Below are positions 19,835-29,868 of a stretch of 64,000 nt of DNA, one piece after another. Source of the DNA: Spirochaetia bacterium (lineage in GTDB: Bacteria > Spirochaetota > Spirochaetia > SZUA-6 > Bin103); contig CBDBOV010000004.1 in the NCBI GenBank assembly GCA_965208575.1, forward strand, positions 192,001 through 256,000, given 5' to 3'. A program made the translations under genes and the position numbers. Each line of letters begins with the position of its first letter. Position 1 is the first letter of the stretch. The notes beneath the pieces are model-generated. The model was not told the origin of the DNA. It did not search any database and saw only the letters and a program-made list of their open reading frames with translations.

Positions 19835-20910
19835 GGGGTGGCGAACTCGGTACCGCCGACCGCGCCGGTGGCCGGGAGGTGAGAGAGCGCGACCGCGCCG
19901 CCGTCGATCGGTACGAGTTCGGAGAGCGGCACCACCACGTATCCCTGCTCCTGCAGGTAGGGATATACCTCCAACAGCGCTTGTGCGACTTCGCGCACGG
20001 AAGAGTGGCCAATGAGGACCGCGTGTCCCTGCCTGCGGGCCACGGCGAGCCCTTGGCGCAGGGCGCTGCGAATGGCGGCCGGATCGCGGTCATGGTCCAG
20101 GAACACGTCGCGGGCCATGAACGGTACGCCGTGCTTCGACGCATACACCGCGGCCACGCTGCTTGCGGTCGTGCGGCTGTCGACGAAGAACCGGCCGGTA
20201 TCGGCGAGGTACGCCATGACGGCGTCCATGATGCGGGCGTCCGCGGTGCCGGCCGATCCCATGTGGTTGTTGGTGCCCACGGCGCCGCTGATCGAGGCGA
20301 AGTTGAGTTCGAGCAGCAGGCGAATCTCCACCTCCGAGAGTTCGTCGGAGATCGTGCCGGGCCCGGGATTCTTGCCGCTGACCGCCGCCATCGGCAAGTG
20401 CAGGATCACTTCGTGGCCGTGCGCTCGCGCCAGTTCGGCCGCGCGCGCGGAGTGGTGCAACTGCGGCAGTACGGCGAACGTCAGCGGTCCGGGGAACTCC
20501 AGGTAGGGCTTCAGTTCCTGCAGGTTGTTGCCGGCGTCGTCGATCACGATGGCAAGCTTCACCTCCCCGTCGGGCGCGGGCGGCGGCTGGGGTGCCGGAG
20601 CGGTTTCGGGAGCGGGCGCGCGCGCGCCGTCCGGCGGATGAACGGCGCCGTACGACTCGGCGCCCGGGGTCACGCGGTCGGGAATCGTGCCGAGGTATGG
20701 CGGAGGCTCCATCTCGCCGGTCGGAATCTTCAATCGTTCCATGAAGTTCGGGAGCGGGCGCGCCGCTTCGGCACCAGGCCCGGAGTTGTCGTAGGCGGGC
20801 GGGCGCAGCACCAGGCCGACGAGGATGCCGGTCAGCACCACAATCATCGTGACCAGGGCGACGACCAGACGCGCCTGCGGCACCTGCGTTGCCCTTCTCT
20901 GCGCGCTCAC
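19831..20910 (-). CDS. Divergent polysaccharide deacetylase family protein
   Basis: AIVIDDAG, ILHLPM, NNHMGS, FVDSRTT, RDVFLD, IGH; N-terminal TM anchor. Confidence 0.9.
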   Translation of the reverse strand: MSAQRRATQVPQARLVVALVTMIVVLTGILVGLVLRPPAYDNSGPGAEAARPLPNFMERLKIPTGEMEPPPYLGTIPDRVTPGAESYGAVHPPDGARAPAPETAPAPQPPPAPDGEVKLAIVIDDAGNNLQELKPYLEFPGPLTFAVLPQLHHSARAAELARAHGHEVILHLPMAAVSGKNPGPGTISDELSEVEIRLLLELNFASISGAVGTNNHMGSAGTADARIMDAVMAYLADTGRFFVDSRTTASSVAAVYASKHGVPFMARDVFLDHDRDPAAIRSALRQGLAVARRQGHAVLIGHSSVREVAQALLEVYPYLQEQGYVVVPLSELVPIDGGAVALSHLPATGAVGGTEFATP

Positions 20911-21086
20911 CGTGTCGCTGCTTCCTGAAGCCGGGACGACATTCGCTTCACGTGACCGTACACGTATCCTTTATCGGTAGCGGCGCGCGGGCTCATGACC
21001 GGGTGGCGTGCGCCGCCCGCTCCGGGGCGCCGTGCCGGCCGTGCCGGTGGCCGTGGCGGAGCCGCGTGGCCGTGCCGCTGCGCACG

Positions 21087-21116
21087 TTGACCGCTGAGTC
21101 GTGCCGGCGGCACACT
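21087..21116 (+). promoter_or_regulatory. Putative sigma70 promoter of the SRAP gene (leaderless spacing)
   Basis: TTGACC-N18-CACACT-N7-ATG. Confidence 0.4.
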
Positions 21117-21123
21117 GCGTGCC

Positions 21124-21846
21124 ATGTGCGGCCGCTACGCGCTCTACGCGGAACACGAGGAATTGATCGATGCGTTCTCGGTGGTGACCGACGCCGCTAC
21201 CCCGACGACCGAGCCGCGCTACAACATCGCCCCGACGCAGGAGGTACCGGTAGTGATGCGTCCCACCGGCGCACGCCGCGCCGGACCGCGCCGCCTGCGC
21301 ATGGCGCGTTGGGGGCTGGTGCCGCCGCAGTGGCCGACACCGGACCGGAGGCGGGCGCCGCTGATCAACGCGCGCGCCGAGGGCATTGCCGGGCAACCGC
21401 TGTTTCGCGGCCTGTTCGCCGGCAGCCGCTGCATCGTACCGGCGAACGGGTTCTTCGAGTGGCGGCGCGCCGGCGCCGTGCGCCAGCCTTACTTCATGAG
21501 CCACCGTGCCGGGGCTCCGCTGGCGTTCGCCGCCCTCCATGCCCGCTGGCAGCGCGATGGTTCGGCGCCGATTGCCAGTTGCGCCATCATCACCGTGGCC
21601 GCCAACGGGCAACTGGAGCCGCTCCACGAACGCATGCCGGCGATCCTGGATCCGGCGGAGTGGGACCTGTGGCTCGACCCGGAGGCGCCGCGCGAGGCGG
21701 TGATCGCACTGCTGCGCCCGTTCGACGATGAACTGACCCTGCACCGGGTGACACCGCGCATGAATCACTACGCCTTCGAGTCCGCCGACGCGGTGGCACC
21801 GGTCTCCATCGAACCGGTACCGGGGCAATTGCCGTTGCACCGGTAG
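21124..21846 (+). CDS. SOS response-associated peptidase (SRAP/YedK/HMCES; abasic-site protein)
   Basis: MCGRY N-terminus, RYNIAPTQ, INARAE, GFFEW, HERMP. Confidence 0.93.
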   Translation: MCGRYALYAEHEELIDAFSVVTDAATPTTEPRYNIAPTQEVPVVMRPTGARRAGPRRLRMARWGLVPPQWPTPDRRRAPLINARAEGIAGQPLFRGLFAGSRCIVPANGFFEWRRAGAVRQPYFMSHRAGAPLAFAALHARWQRDGSAPIASCAIITVAANGQLEPLHERMPAILDPAEWDLWLDPEAPREAVIALLRPFDDELTLHRVTPRMNHYAFESADAVAPVSIEPVPGQLPLHR

Positions 21847-21887
21847 GGCGTGTCCGGTCCGGGGGAACGGCTGACGGATTGCGCTCG

Positions 21888-22838
21888 CTAGCCCTCGTGG
21901 GCGAGCACGAAGTAGTGTCCCGGGTTCCACGCCTGACAGATCAGGTAGAGCTGTCCTCCATGCTCGTACCACACCGTGTTGTGGATGTGATCCGCCAACT
22001 CCACGCCGAGCTCTTCCTTCGGACGGATCGTGGAGACCAGTTCGTACGTGCCTGCATCGAGCACGTAGATCGGCGCCGCCCTCCCCTCCTGCGGGTCATC
22101 GAGGCTGCCCACCAGGGCGTACCAGTGGTGGCCGCGCTGCAGGAAGTCGATGCCGCACGGCTTGGAGCCGTGGCTGATGTCGTGCGAGGAGTGAAAGTGG
22201 CCGCCGTGGCTGAAGTGCTGGAAGCGCGCGTGCGGGCGGTCGGCAATTGACAGGTGGTGGCCGTCGGGGTGCGCGTTCAGGCCGTGCGCGGTGCCGAACA
22301 GTCCCGGCGCCTTCGGGTCGTCGGTCTTGCCTGCGAAGATTCCCTTCCACTGCTGCGTGCCGAGGTCGGCGGTCGAGATATGGTTGGCGCCGTAGCCGTC
22401 CGCCACGTACAGCGTGCCGTCCGCGTAGACGGTGTCGGTCGGGTTGAACGGCGTCTCCCCGTCCTGGTACTCGTCGAACTCGGGCCGCGAGAGGACGAAG
22501 TCCAGGTTGCCGTCGAGCCCGAGCACGACCACCTTGGCGTCGCCATTGGCCGGCATCACCAGCCGCCGCTTGCCGTCGAACTGCACCAACTTGGTGCTGT
22601 GGAAATTGATCGGCTTCAGGTCCGGCGGCAGCTCGATGATTTCCTGGCTGCGCAGATCGGAGGCGATCGACATCAGGCCGCAGCCGGGCATACCGTAGTA
22701 GATGCGGCCGCCGGGCTCGGTGTCGACGGCAAAGCCGCCGTGCAGGTCCACCTCGCACGGACGCGCTGCTTCCGGCAGGGAGTACAGGTCATCGCAGAGC
22801 GAGAACGCAAAGGGTGCTTGGCCACTGGTCTTGGGCAT
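21888..22838 (-). CDS. NHL-repeat beta-propeller protein (PAL / peptidylglycine lyase-like)
   Basis: FNPTD...LYVADGYG, FGTAHGL, IADR blades; AGGAGG SD. Confidence 0.65.
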   Translation of the reverse strand: MPKTSGQAPFAFSLCDDLYSLPEAARPCEVDLHGGFAVDTEPGGRIYYGMPGCGLMSIASDLRSQEIIELPPDLKPINFHSTKLVQFDGKRRLVMPANGDAKVVVLGLDGNLDFVLSRPEFDEYQDGETPFNPTDTVYADGTLYVADGYGANHISTADLGTQQWKGIFAGKTDDPKAPGLFGTAHGLNAHPDGHHLSIADRPHARFQHFSHGGHFHSSHDISHGSKPCGIDFLQRGHHWYALVGSLDDPQEGRAAPIYVLDAGTYELVSTIRPKEELGVELADHIHNTVWYEHGGQLYLICQAWNPGHYFVLAHEG

Positions 22839-23005
22839 GGTTCGTTCCTCCTGTTGGGCGGGGTTGCGGGCGCATACTACCCCGAATCGCCGTGGCGGCG
22901 CGACCGGTTTGCGTGCGCCGGTCACCCCCTTGGTGCCGTTCCGGGGTGTGTGGTGTAATCGGCGTGGCAGCCGGGGCTCCACCACGGGCTGCCAGGAGAG
23001 GTGTT

Positions 23006-24016
23006 GTGGTAAAGACGCGAATGGCGCAATACGGCATCGGGCACGATCACGCGGGCGGCAAGGCGCGCGTGATGCGGGACAGTGCCGCGGTCGAACTGGC
23101 GGGGGTGTACGAGCCGGCGGAGTGGCTGCGCGGCTCGCTCGGCGCCCGTCCGCCCTACGACGGAGTGCACTGGTTCGGGTCGGCGCGGGAGATGCTGGAG
23201 GATCCGAGCATAGCGGCGGTCGCGGTCGAGGGGCGGGTGTCGGAGAACCTGGCGTTCGCGCGCGCCTGCCTGGAGCATGGCAAGCACGTATGGCTGGACA
23301 AGCCGGCGGGCGACGACCTGGACCAGTTCCGGGCGCTGCTGCGGCTGGCGTCGGCGCGCGGGCGGCACGTGCAGCTCGGCTACATGTTCCGCTACAACGC
23401 CGGCTACCAGTTCATTTTGGACTGGGCCGCATCCGGCCGGCTGGGCGCCATTCGCTCGGTGCGCACGCGGATCTCCACCGGCGTCGCGAACGATGCCGCG
23501 TGGCGGCGCTGGGACAGCCACGGCGAGCACGCCGGCGGCCTGATGTTCATCCTCGCCGGCCACGTGGTCGACATCGTGGTGGCGCTGCTCGGCCGCCCGC
23601 ACCGGGTGAGTGCCTTCGCCCGCCAGCAGACCGACGCCTTTCCCTGGTACCGGGACAACAACGTGGCGGTGCTGGAGTACCCGCACGCCCTGGCGGTCGT
23701 GGAGTCGGTGGCCGGCGAAGTGGAGCCGGGCGCCGCGCGCCGCATGGAAGTGTACGGCACCCGCGGCAGCGCCATCCTGGAGCCGATGGAGCCGCCCCGC
23801 CTGCGCCTGTGCCTGGACGCCGCGCGCGCCGGCTACGAAGCCGGCTGGCAGGAGGTGCCGGTGGCGGCGCGGCCGCGCTACGTGGAGAGCCTGCGCGCCT
23901 TCCTGGCCACCATCCACGGCGAGCAGCCGGCCGACCGCACCTTCGCCCACGAGCTGGCGGTGCAGGAGACCCTGCTGGCGGCCGCCGGCCTGCACTCGCT
24001 GACGCCGCCCCGATAG
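23006..24016 (+). CDS. Gfo/Idh/MocA family oxidoreductase
   Basis: GIGHDHA Rossmann start, GKHVWLDKP, GYMFRY; AGGAG SD. Confidence 0.88.
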   Translation: MVKTRMAQYGIGHDHAGGKARVMRDSAAVELAGVYEPAEWLRGSLGARPPYDGVHWFGSAREMLEDPSIAAVAVEGRVSENLAFARACLEHGKHVWLDKPAGDDLDQFRALLRLASARGRHVQLGYMFRYNAGYQFILDWAASGRLGAIRSVRTRISTGVANDAAWRRWDSHGEHAGGLMFILAGHVVDIVVALLGRPHRVSAFARQQTDAFPWYRDNNVAVLEYPHALAVVESVAGEVEPGAARRMEVYGTRGSAILEPMEPPRLRLCLDAARAGYEAGWQEVPVAARPRYVESLRAFLATIHGEQPADRTFAHELAVQETLLAAAGLHSLTPPR

Positions 24017-24069
24017 CGCGCCGCACGGCCGCCTGCCGCGGCGCTTCCGGCCCAACCGGTACGCCCGCC

Positions 24070-24153
24070 CTACTACCTTTTCTTGCGCGGGCGCGCCGGC
24101 ATGGCGTCGTGGAAGGTGTCGCTGGAGATCAGCCACAGATCGCGGTCGGCGGG
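24070..24153 (-). pseudogene. Orphan 3' end of a Gfo/Idh/MocA paralog
   Basis: Translates PADRDLWLISSDTFHDAMPARPRKKR**, matching the C-terminus LADRELRLVSSDTYQDHTPARLRPKRRK* of 24277..25413. Confidence 0.75.
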
Positions 24154-24276
24154 CGCCGGCGTGGCCCGCTCGGCGCCGCGGCAGGAGCCGCACCCGTTGT
24201 TTGGATCTCGCGCTGACGCGAGCGGCGGCGTGAACGGCGCTCCGGCCGCCCCGGCTCGCGGCGTGACCGGGGCCCG

Positions 24277-25413
24277 TTACTTGCGGCGCTTGGGGCGCAA
24301 GCGGGCGGGCGTATGGTCCTGGTACGTATCGCTGGAGACCAGCCGCAGCTCGCGGTCGGCGAGCGGCAACCGTACCCGCCGGCAGTCGCGGCGGTGCGAC
24401 TCCCGCATCGCGATCGCGATCTCCAGCGCCGCCCGGCCATCCTCCCCGGAACACCGCGGCGCCGCGCCGCTGGCGAGGCAGGCCACCAGGTCCTCGACAA
24501 TCGCCAACCCGGTGGCCTGCAGGCGGTTCGGCAGCGGGAACGGGTACTCCGCCGGCAGCGAGCCCTGGAAGCGGTTGGACAGCGGGCGCATGCTCGGGCG
24601 CTCGGTGTTGCCCTGGACGCGGCGGATCAGCTTCCAGCTCATGCCGTCGTCGCCGGTCCAGGCGCGCGCCTCGTCGCCGATGATGTCGAACGAGGTGAAG
24701 GCGGCGCCGCTGGGCATGGTGCGGATGAAACCGCGCACGCCGTTGGCGTACGCCAGGTAGCCGTTGCCCCGCGGATCGTCGTCGCCGGCGGCGACCGCGT
24801 CCGACTCCATCTCGCCGAACACCCACTCGACGTGGCTCCCGGCCAGGAAGTTCATCGTGTCGAGCATGTGGCTGCCGTTGCTCGACAGGCCGAAGGTGCC
24901 GTGCACGTTGATCTGGCGCAGTGTGCCGAACTCACCGGTGTCGAGCATCGTCTTGATCTCCCGGAACAACGCGTTCCAGCGCCGGTGACAGTTGACGGCC
25001 ACCACGGTGCCGTGTTCGCGGCATACCTGCAGCGCCGAATCCGCCTCCGCCAGGCTGACCGAGATCGGCTTCTCGGCCCAGATGCCGCGCACTCCGGCGC
25101 GCGCCGTGTCCTCGATGATGGCGGCGCGCGGGCGGGCGCTGGTGCACATGCTGACCAGGTCCAGGTCCTCGCGCGCCAGCATCTCGCGGTAGTCCGCGTA
25201 GACGTGCGCTTCGTCCAGTCCCCACCGTTCCGCGAACCAGGCACGCTGCCGGGCGTCGGGATCCGCACCGGCGGCCAGCTCCACCAGCGGCGACTCGTGG
25301 TAGGCCGGCGCGTGACAGTAGGGCAGGAAGAAGGTGCCGCCCCGGATGATCTCGTCGTCGAACGTGCTGCCGATGCGCCCCAGACCGATAACGCCTGCGC
25401 GAAGCTGTGCCAT
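24277..25413 (-). CDS. Gfo/Idh/MocA family oxidoreductase
   Basis: GVIGLGRIG, IWAEKP, VNCHRRW, NGSHMLD. Confidence 0.9.
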   Translation of the reverse strand: MAQLRAGVIGLGRIGSTFDDEIIRGGTFFLPYCHAPAYHESPLVELAAGADPDARQRAWFAERWGLDEAHVYADYREMLAREDLDLVSMCTSARPRAAIIEDTARAGVRGIWAEKPISVSLAEADSALQVCREHGTVVAVNCHRRWNALFREIKTMLDTGEFGTLRQINVHGTFGLSSNGSHMLDTMNFLAGSHVEWVFGEMESDAVAAGDDDPRGNGYLAYANGVRGFIRTMPSGAAFTSFDIIGDEARAWTGDDGMSWKLIRRVQGNTERPSMRPLSNRFQGSLPAEYPFPLPNRLQATGLAIVEDLVACLASGAAPRCSGEDGRAALEIAIAMRESHRRDCRRVRLPLADRELRLVSSDTYQDHTPARLRPKRRK

Positions 25414-25630
25414 GGCCCGGCAGCATGCACGGCGCTGACGCTCCGCGCAACCTCCAGGATGTGAAGACTGACGTTGAACGCAAGAGTGTCGATGCTCCCT
25501 GGGGCCGTGCTGGCCGGCAGTGCGCGGCGGTACTTCTGCCCCCACCAGCCCGACTGCCACCCCGCCCGGCCAAACCATTTCCGCGCACGAGCAGCAGGCA
25601 GGTGCCGCCACCAACGACACGCGTGCCTCG

Positions 25631-25639
25631 TGGTATACT
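25631..25639 (+). promoter_or_regulatory. Extended -10 element upstream of the DinB-family gene
   Basis: TGGTATACT, then AGGAG SD before ATG 25697. Confidence 0.45.
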
Positions 25640-25696
25640 GCGGGTCCGTCAACCAGCCGTGGCGCGTGCGCCGCGGCGTTCCGTCAGGAGTAACCT

Positions 25697-26188
25697 ATGT
25701 TGCAGCATGTGTTGAACGCTTACGCGATGAACTTGAAACGCACGGGCATGCATGTCCAGGATCTGTCCGCCGAGCAGATGGTCGAGCAGCCGTCCGGAGT
25801 GATCAATCACCCGGCATGGACCCTGGGCCATCTCGCGGCGACTTCCGACAACCTCGCCAGGACGCTGGGCCAGGAGTCCACCTTTCCCGAGGAGTGGCGC
25901 GAGGCCTGCAGCACCGGCGGCACGCCCAGCGGCAACGCGGCCGACTTTCCCACCAGGGATCGGCTGCTGGAGGAGCTCGGCGCGCAGCACGAGCGGGTGG
26001 CCGCTGCCTTTGCCGCCGCCGGCGAGGAGGTCCTCGCTCAGCCCCTCCCCAACCCCCGCGGGCGCAAGATATTCGGCACCGTGGGCGGTTACGCCGTGGC
26101 GCTGATGACCACCCACGAGGCCAACCACCTGGGGCAGCTCGCGGCCTGGCGCCGGGCCATGGGCCTCGGTTCGGCGACCGGAATCTGA
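25697..26188 (+). CDS. DinB/YfiT superfamily protein
   Basis: WTLGHL and HEANHLGQL metal-binding His triad. Confidence 0.85.
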   Translation: MLQHVLNAYAMNLKRTGMHVQDLSAEQMVEQPSGVINHPAWTLGHLAATSDNLARTLGQESTFPEEWREACSTGGTPSGNAADFPTRDRLLEELGAQHERVAAAFAAAGEEVLAQPLPNPRGRKIFGTVGGYAVALMTTHEANHLGQLAAWRRAMGLGSATGI

Positions 26189-26267
26189 GCGCGCCGCGGC
26201 GCTCCTGATTGGTGGCCGCGACGGCGCCGGCGGTGACCTGAACCGGGCACCAGGCTGGCTGCAAACC

Positions 26268-27689
26268 GTGGTAGATATCCGCAATCCCGCCTTCACGGCC
26301 ATGTTCCGCGAGTACGACCTGCGCGGGCGCGTTGCCGAGGGCGAACTCACCGACGATTCGGTGCGGCTCATCGCCAACGCCTTCGGGCGGCTCCTGGCGG
26401 CGCGCGGCATGTCCCGTGCGGTGGTGGGTTACGACAACCGTCCGGCGTCGCCCGGCTTCAAGGAGGCGGCCGTCGCCGGCCTGACCGCGGCGGGAATCGA
26501 CGTGGTGGACATCGGGTTGACCGTCAGCCCGGCGCTCTACTTCAGCCAGCACCACCTCGGCGTACCCGCCGGGCTGATGGTCACGGCCAGCCACAACCCG
26601 AGCGAGTGGTGCGGCATGAAGCTGGCGCACGGCTTGTCGCGCACGCTCGGACCCGCCGAGATGCGCGAACTGTACGCCCTGGTGACCGAGGGCGAGCGCA
26701 GCGGCAGCCGCGCCGGCACGCGCAGCACCGCCGACACGCGCGACCCCTACCTCGACCGGGTCACCGCGGGCACCAGGCTGGCGCGCCCGCTGCGGGTGGC
26801 GGTGGACTGCGGTAACGGCGCCGCGGGGGTATTCGCCTACGAGGCGCTGCAGCGCGTCGGCTGCCTCACCTTTCAGCTCTACTGCGACCCCGATGACCGC
26901 TACCCGCACTACTTTCCCAATCCGTCCGACCTGAAGGCGCGCCGCCGGCTGCGCGAGATCGTCACCCACCCGTACATACGCGCCGACGCCGGCGTGGCGT
27001 TCGACGGCGACGGTGACCGCATCGGGGTGATGGACGAGCGCGGCGCGGACGTGTGGAGCGACCGCGTGCTGATTCTGCTCGCCCGGCGGCTGCTGCGCGA
27101 GCGCCCCGGCGCCACCGTGGTGTACGACGTCAAGTGCACGCGCGGCCTGGAGGAAGAGGTGCGGAACGGCGGTGGGCGCCCGGTGATGTGGAAGACCGGC
27201 CACTCGCACATCAAGGCCAAGCTGCATGAACTGGACGCCGAGCTTGCCGGCGAGCGCAGCGGCCACATTTTCTACGGCGCCGGCTTCTACGGCTTCGACG
27301 ACGCGCTGTACGCCGGCATCCGGTTGCTGGAGGTGCTGGCCGACCACGACGGCTCCCTGTCCGACCTGGTTGCCACTACCCCGCCCTACCTCACCTCGCC
27401 GGAGATCGCCGCGCACTGCCCGGACGATGTGAAGTACGCCGTGGTGGATCGGCTGGTCGCCGAATTCAAGGCGGACTACGGCGACCGGGTGATCGACATC
27501 AACGGGGCCCGGGTCGACTTCGGCGACGGCTGGGGACTGGTGCGGGCATCGTCCAACCTGCCCGAGCTGGTGATCATCTTCGAAGCCCGCACCGAGCAGC
27601 GGCTGCGCGAGATCCGCGCCCTGTTCCGCGCCAGGCTGGACGCTTGTCCGGAAATCGATCCGCAGTGGCGCAACGACACCTACGCCTGA
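26268..27689 (+). CDS. Phosphomannomutase/phosphoglucomutase
   Basis: FREYDLRG, TASHNP, FDGDGDR, GERSGH, VRASSN. Confidence 0.93.
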   Translation: MVDIRNPAFTAMFREYDLRGRVAEGELTDDSVRLIANAFGRLLAARGMSRAVVGYDNRPASPGFKEAAVAGLTAAGIDVVDIGLTVSPALYFSQHHLGVPAGLMVTASHNPSEWCGMKLAHGLSRTLGPAEMRELYALVTEGERSGSRAGTRSTADTRDPYLDRVTAGTRLARPLRVAVDCGNGAAGVFAYEALQRVGCLTFQLYCDPDDRYPHYFPNPSDLKARRRLREIVTHPYIRADAGVAFDGDGDRIGVMDERGADVWSDRVLILLARRLLRERPGATVVYDVKCTRGLEEEVRNGGGRPVMWKTGHSHIKAKLHELDAELAGERSGHIFYGAGFYGFDDALYAGIRLLEVLADHDGSLSDLVATTPPYLTSPEIAAHCPDDVKYAVVDRLVAEFKADYGDRVIDINGARVDFGDGWGLVRASSNLPELVIIFEARTEQRLREIRALFRARLDACPEIDPQWRNDTYA

Positions 27690-27867
27690 AGGGACCAGCA
27701 GACGCATGGGAGAGTTCATGACCAGGACAGAGATTCAGCCCGTCCGGCAGCACGCTGGCGAGCGTGCGCGAATAATTGGACACTGAGTTCGATATGTCTC
27801 AAGGCGGGGCGGCCGGTGGTCGATTACCATAGCGAGCGGGAGATCAGCACTCGCAACTTATTGCCGG

Positions 27868-27903
27868 GGCGGGGCGGCCGCGTAACGGCCGCCCCGCCTT
27901 CTT
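27868..27903 (+). terminator. GC-rich hairpin, possible intrinsic terminator
   Basis: GGCGGGGCGGCCG-cgtaa-CGGCCGCCCCGCC (13-bp perfect stem) followed by TTCTT. Confidence 0.55.
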
Positions 27904-27940
27904 GGCTGCCGCCGTGCGGTTGCCACGGTTGCCGGGCGGC

Positions 27941-27969
27941 TTGCCACGGTTGCGCTCCCGGCCTACCCT
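27941..27969 (+). promoter_or_regulatory. Putative sigma70 promoter of the PhyH gene
   Basis: TTGCCA-N17-TACCCT-N9-ATG. Confidence 0.45.
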
Positions 27970-27978
27970 GCGATCGTC

Positions 27979-28788
27979 ATGGGCACTGCACAAGGGACCG
28001 GTACCGCAGTGGCGGAAGCGGCGATCGAGCTGACCGACGAACAGTTTGACGACTATCGCACCGAGGGCTTCGTGATTGTCGAAGACCTGGTATCGGAGGC
28101 GGAGCTCGCCGGCTTGCAGGAGCGGCTGCGCGAGTACACGCACGGCGGGCGCTCGCAGGCGCGCATCAAGGTGCAGGTGGAACCGCGCGTGAGCCGGGGC
28201 GAGCTGAGCGTCGCGCATCCCGGCGACGGCATCCGCAAGATCGACGGCCTGGTGGAGTCGGACGACCGGTACCAGGCGCTCGGCCGCCATCCAAACATCG
28301 TAAGCGTGCTCGGCCGCATTCTGGGGCCCGACATCAAGATGTTCCGCAACGCCGTGCTGCTCAAGCCGCCGGAAGTGGGCTCGGCCAAGGGCATGCACCA
28401 GGATTCGCCCTACTGGCCGATCCGGCCCATGGAGCTGTGCAGTTGCTGGTTTGCCATCGACGAGGCCACGGTCGAGAACGGCTGCATGGGAGTGATCGCG
28501 GGCGCACACCGGGACGGCGCCCTGCCCCACGTGCACGTAACCGACGACTACGTGATTCCACCCGAACGTTACGCCGCAGCAGCCAAGACGCTGGCGCCGA
28601 TGCCGGCCGGTGCGGGGCTGTTCTTCCACTCCCTGCTGCCGCACGCCACCGAGCCCAACCGCAGCGGCGCGTGGCGGCGCGCCATCGCGCTGTCCTACAT
28701 GAGCGCGCGCTCGACCCACACCGACGCCGGCGGCGGCCCGGTCTACTACCCGATCGCGGGATCTACCTTCGCCGGCTGCGTACGCTAA
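27979..28788 (+). CDS. Phytanoyl-CoA dioxygenase (PhyH) family Fe(II)/2OG oxygenase
   Basis: GMHQDSPYW (HxD), ENGCM..IAGAH, LLPHAT, RRA. Confidence 0.92.
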   Translation: MGTAQGTGTAVAEAAIELTDEQFDDYRTEGFVIVEDLVSEAELAGLQERLREYTHGGRSQARIKVQVEPRVSRGELSVAHPGDGIRKIDGLVESDDRYQALGRHPNIVSVLGRILGPDIKMFRNAVLLKPPEVGSAKGMHQDSPYWPIRPMELCSCWFAIDEATVENGCMGVIAGAHRDGALPHVHVTDDYVIPPERYAAAAKTLAPMPAGAGLFFHSLLPHATEPNRSGAWRRAIALSYMSARSTHTDAGGGPVYYPIAGSTFAGCVR

Positions 28789-28873
28789 GCACCCTGTCGA
28801 ATCGGCGCCCGCTCGGCTAACGCGACCGCCGCCTTCAGGTCGCGACGTGTTGTTGCGGCGGTCGAGTGCAGTG

Positions 28874-28946
28874 AGCCAGAAAGGGGATTCGAACCCCTGA
28901 CCTGTTCATTACGAGTGAACCGCTCTGCCAACTGAGCTATTCTGGC
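28874..28946 (-). tRNA. tRNA-Thr(CGT), CCA not encoded
   Basis: GCCAGAATAGCTCAGTTGGCAGAGCGGTTCACT-CGT-AATGAACAGGTCAGGGGTTCGAATCCCCTTTCTGGCT folds as a cloverleaf with a GGTTCGAA T-loop. Confidence 0.96.
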
Positions 28947-29010
28947 GTGGCCTTAAGGTAATGCTTCCGGCGCGAATGAGGAATACGTCAGCCGCGCGCG
29001 GGCCGCGGCA

Positions 29011-29853
29011 TCACTCTGCGCGCCAGGTGCCGTCGTAGCCGGTGTAGCCGTCGGTGTAGTGCCGCAACCGCGGCGGCAGGCGGCGAATGAGGGCACGTGC
29101 CGATTCCGGCAGCGGCCACGGCGCGTCGATCCGCCACGCCCGCGGCCGGAAGCCGATGCCGCACGAGTAGCGCCGTTCGGCGGTCGCCATGTTGGCGTGC
29201 AACGTGCGATCGGCGAAGCACAGCAGGTCGCCCGGCTCCGCGTCGACGGCGACACAGCCGGGTACGGCCATGTCGCTGCACACCGCCTCCGCCCCGAGCC
29301 GGCGGATTTGGGTACGGTCGCCAATGAACTCGAATCCCTCCGGCTGCCACTCCGGCAGGTGCGAATGCTCGATCACCGCCAGTCCGCTGCGGGCGGGGTC
29401 GCTGCCGTTCAGGTAGAACCACAGACCGCTCGGGATCGGGAACCGATTGAGGACCTCATTGGCGTTCCTGGGGGCGGTCCGGAGGTGGCCGCGAAAATCG
29501 ACGTGCCAGGCGCCCATGCCCTCCCCCGGCGTGCGCAGAATCGCGGCCGACCGGTGCAGGCACAGGTCGCGCGTCCCGTGAACCGCGCAGATGAACTCCC
29601 GGTACGGCGCGTGATCGACCAGTTTCCACACCGGTTCGCTCACCTCCGCGAACGCCATGTGGTAGCGGTTGGAAGCGGGCGGCAGGTCGCGCTCGGGGTC
29701 CAGGTGGCGGTCGATCGATTCCTTCAATTCGTCGACCAGTTGCGCGCCGATCATGCCGCTCACGACGCAGAAACCGTGCCGTTCCAGGCAGGCGATTGCA
29801 TCCAAGTGGGCGCCTGGCGCGAAGTGGTAGCGGTATGCAGGGGTGTCCGGCAT
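29011..29853 (-). CDS. PhyH-like Fe(II)/2OG oxygenase
   Basis: HGFCVV N-terminus, AWHVD, IEHSH, PGDLLCF..RTLH, RYS. Confidence 0.8.
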   Translation of the reverse strand: MPDTPAYRYHFAPGAHLDAIACLERHGFCVVSGMIGAQLVDELKESIDRHLDPERDLPPASNRYHMAFAEVSEPVWKLVDHAPYREFICAVHGTRDLCLHRSAAILRTPGEGMGAWHVDFRGHLRTAPRNANEVLNRFPIPSGLWFYLNGSDPARSGLAVIEHSHLPEWQPEGFEFIGDRTQIRRLGAEAVCSDMAVPGCVAVDAEPGDLLCFADRTLHANMATAERRYSCGIGFRPRAWRIDAPWPLPESARALIRRLPPRLRHYTDGYTGYDGTWRAE

Positions 29854-29868
29854 GGCGCGGCGATCCGG

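Noticed and set aside
28874-28946. tRNA-Thr as attachment site of an integrated element
   Set aside because: No integrase and no duplicated tRNA 3' end seen in the window.
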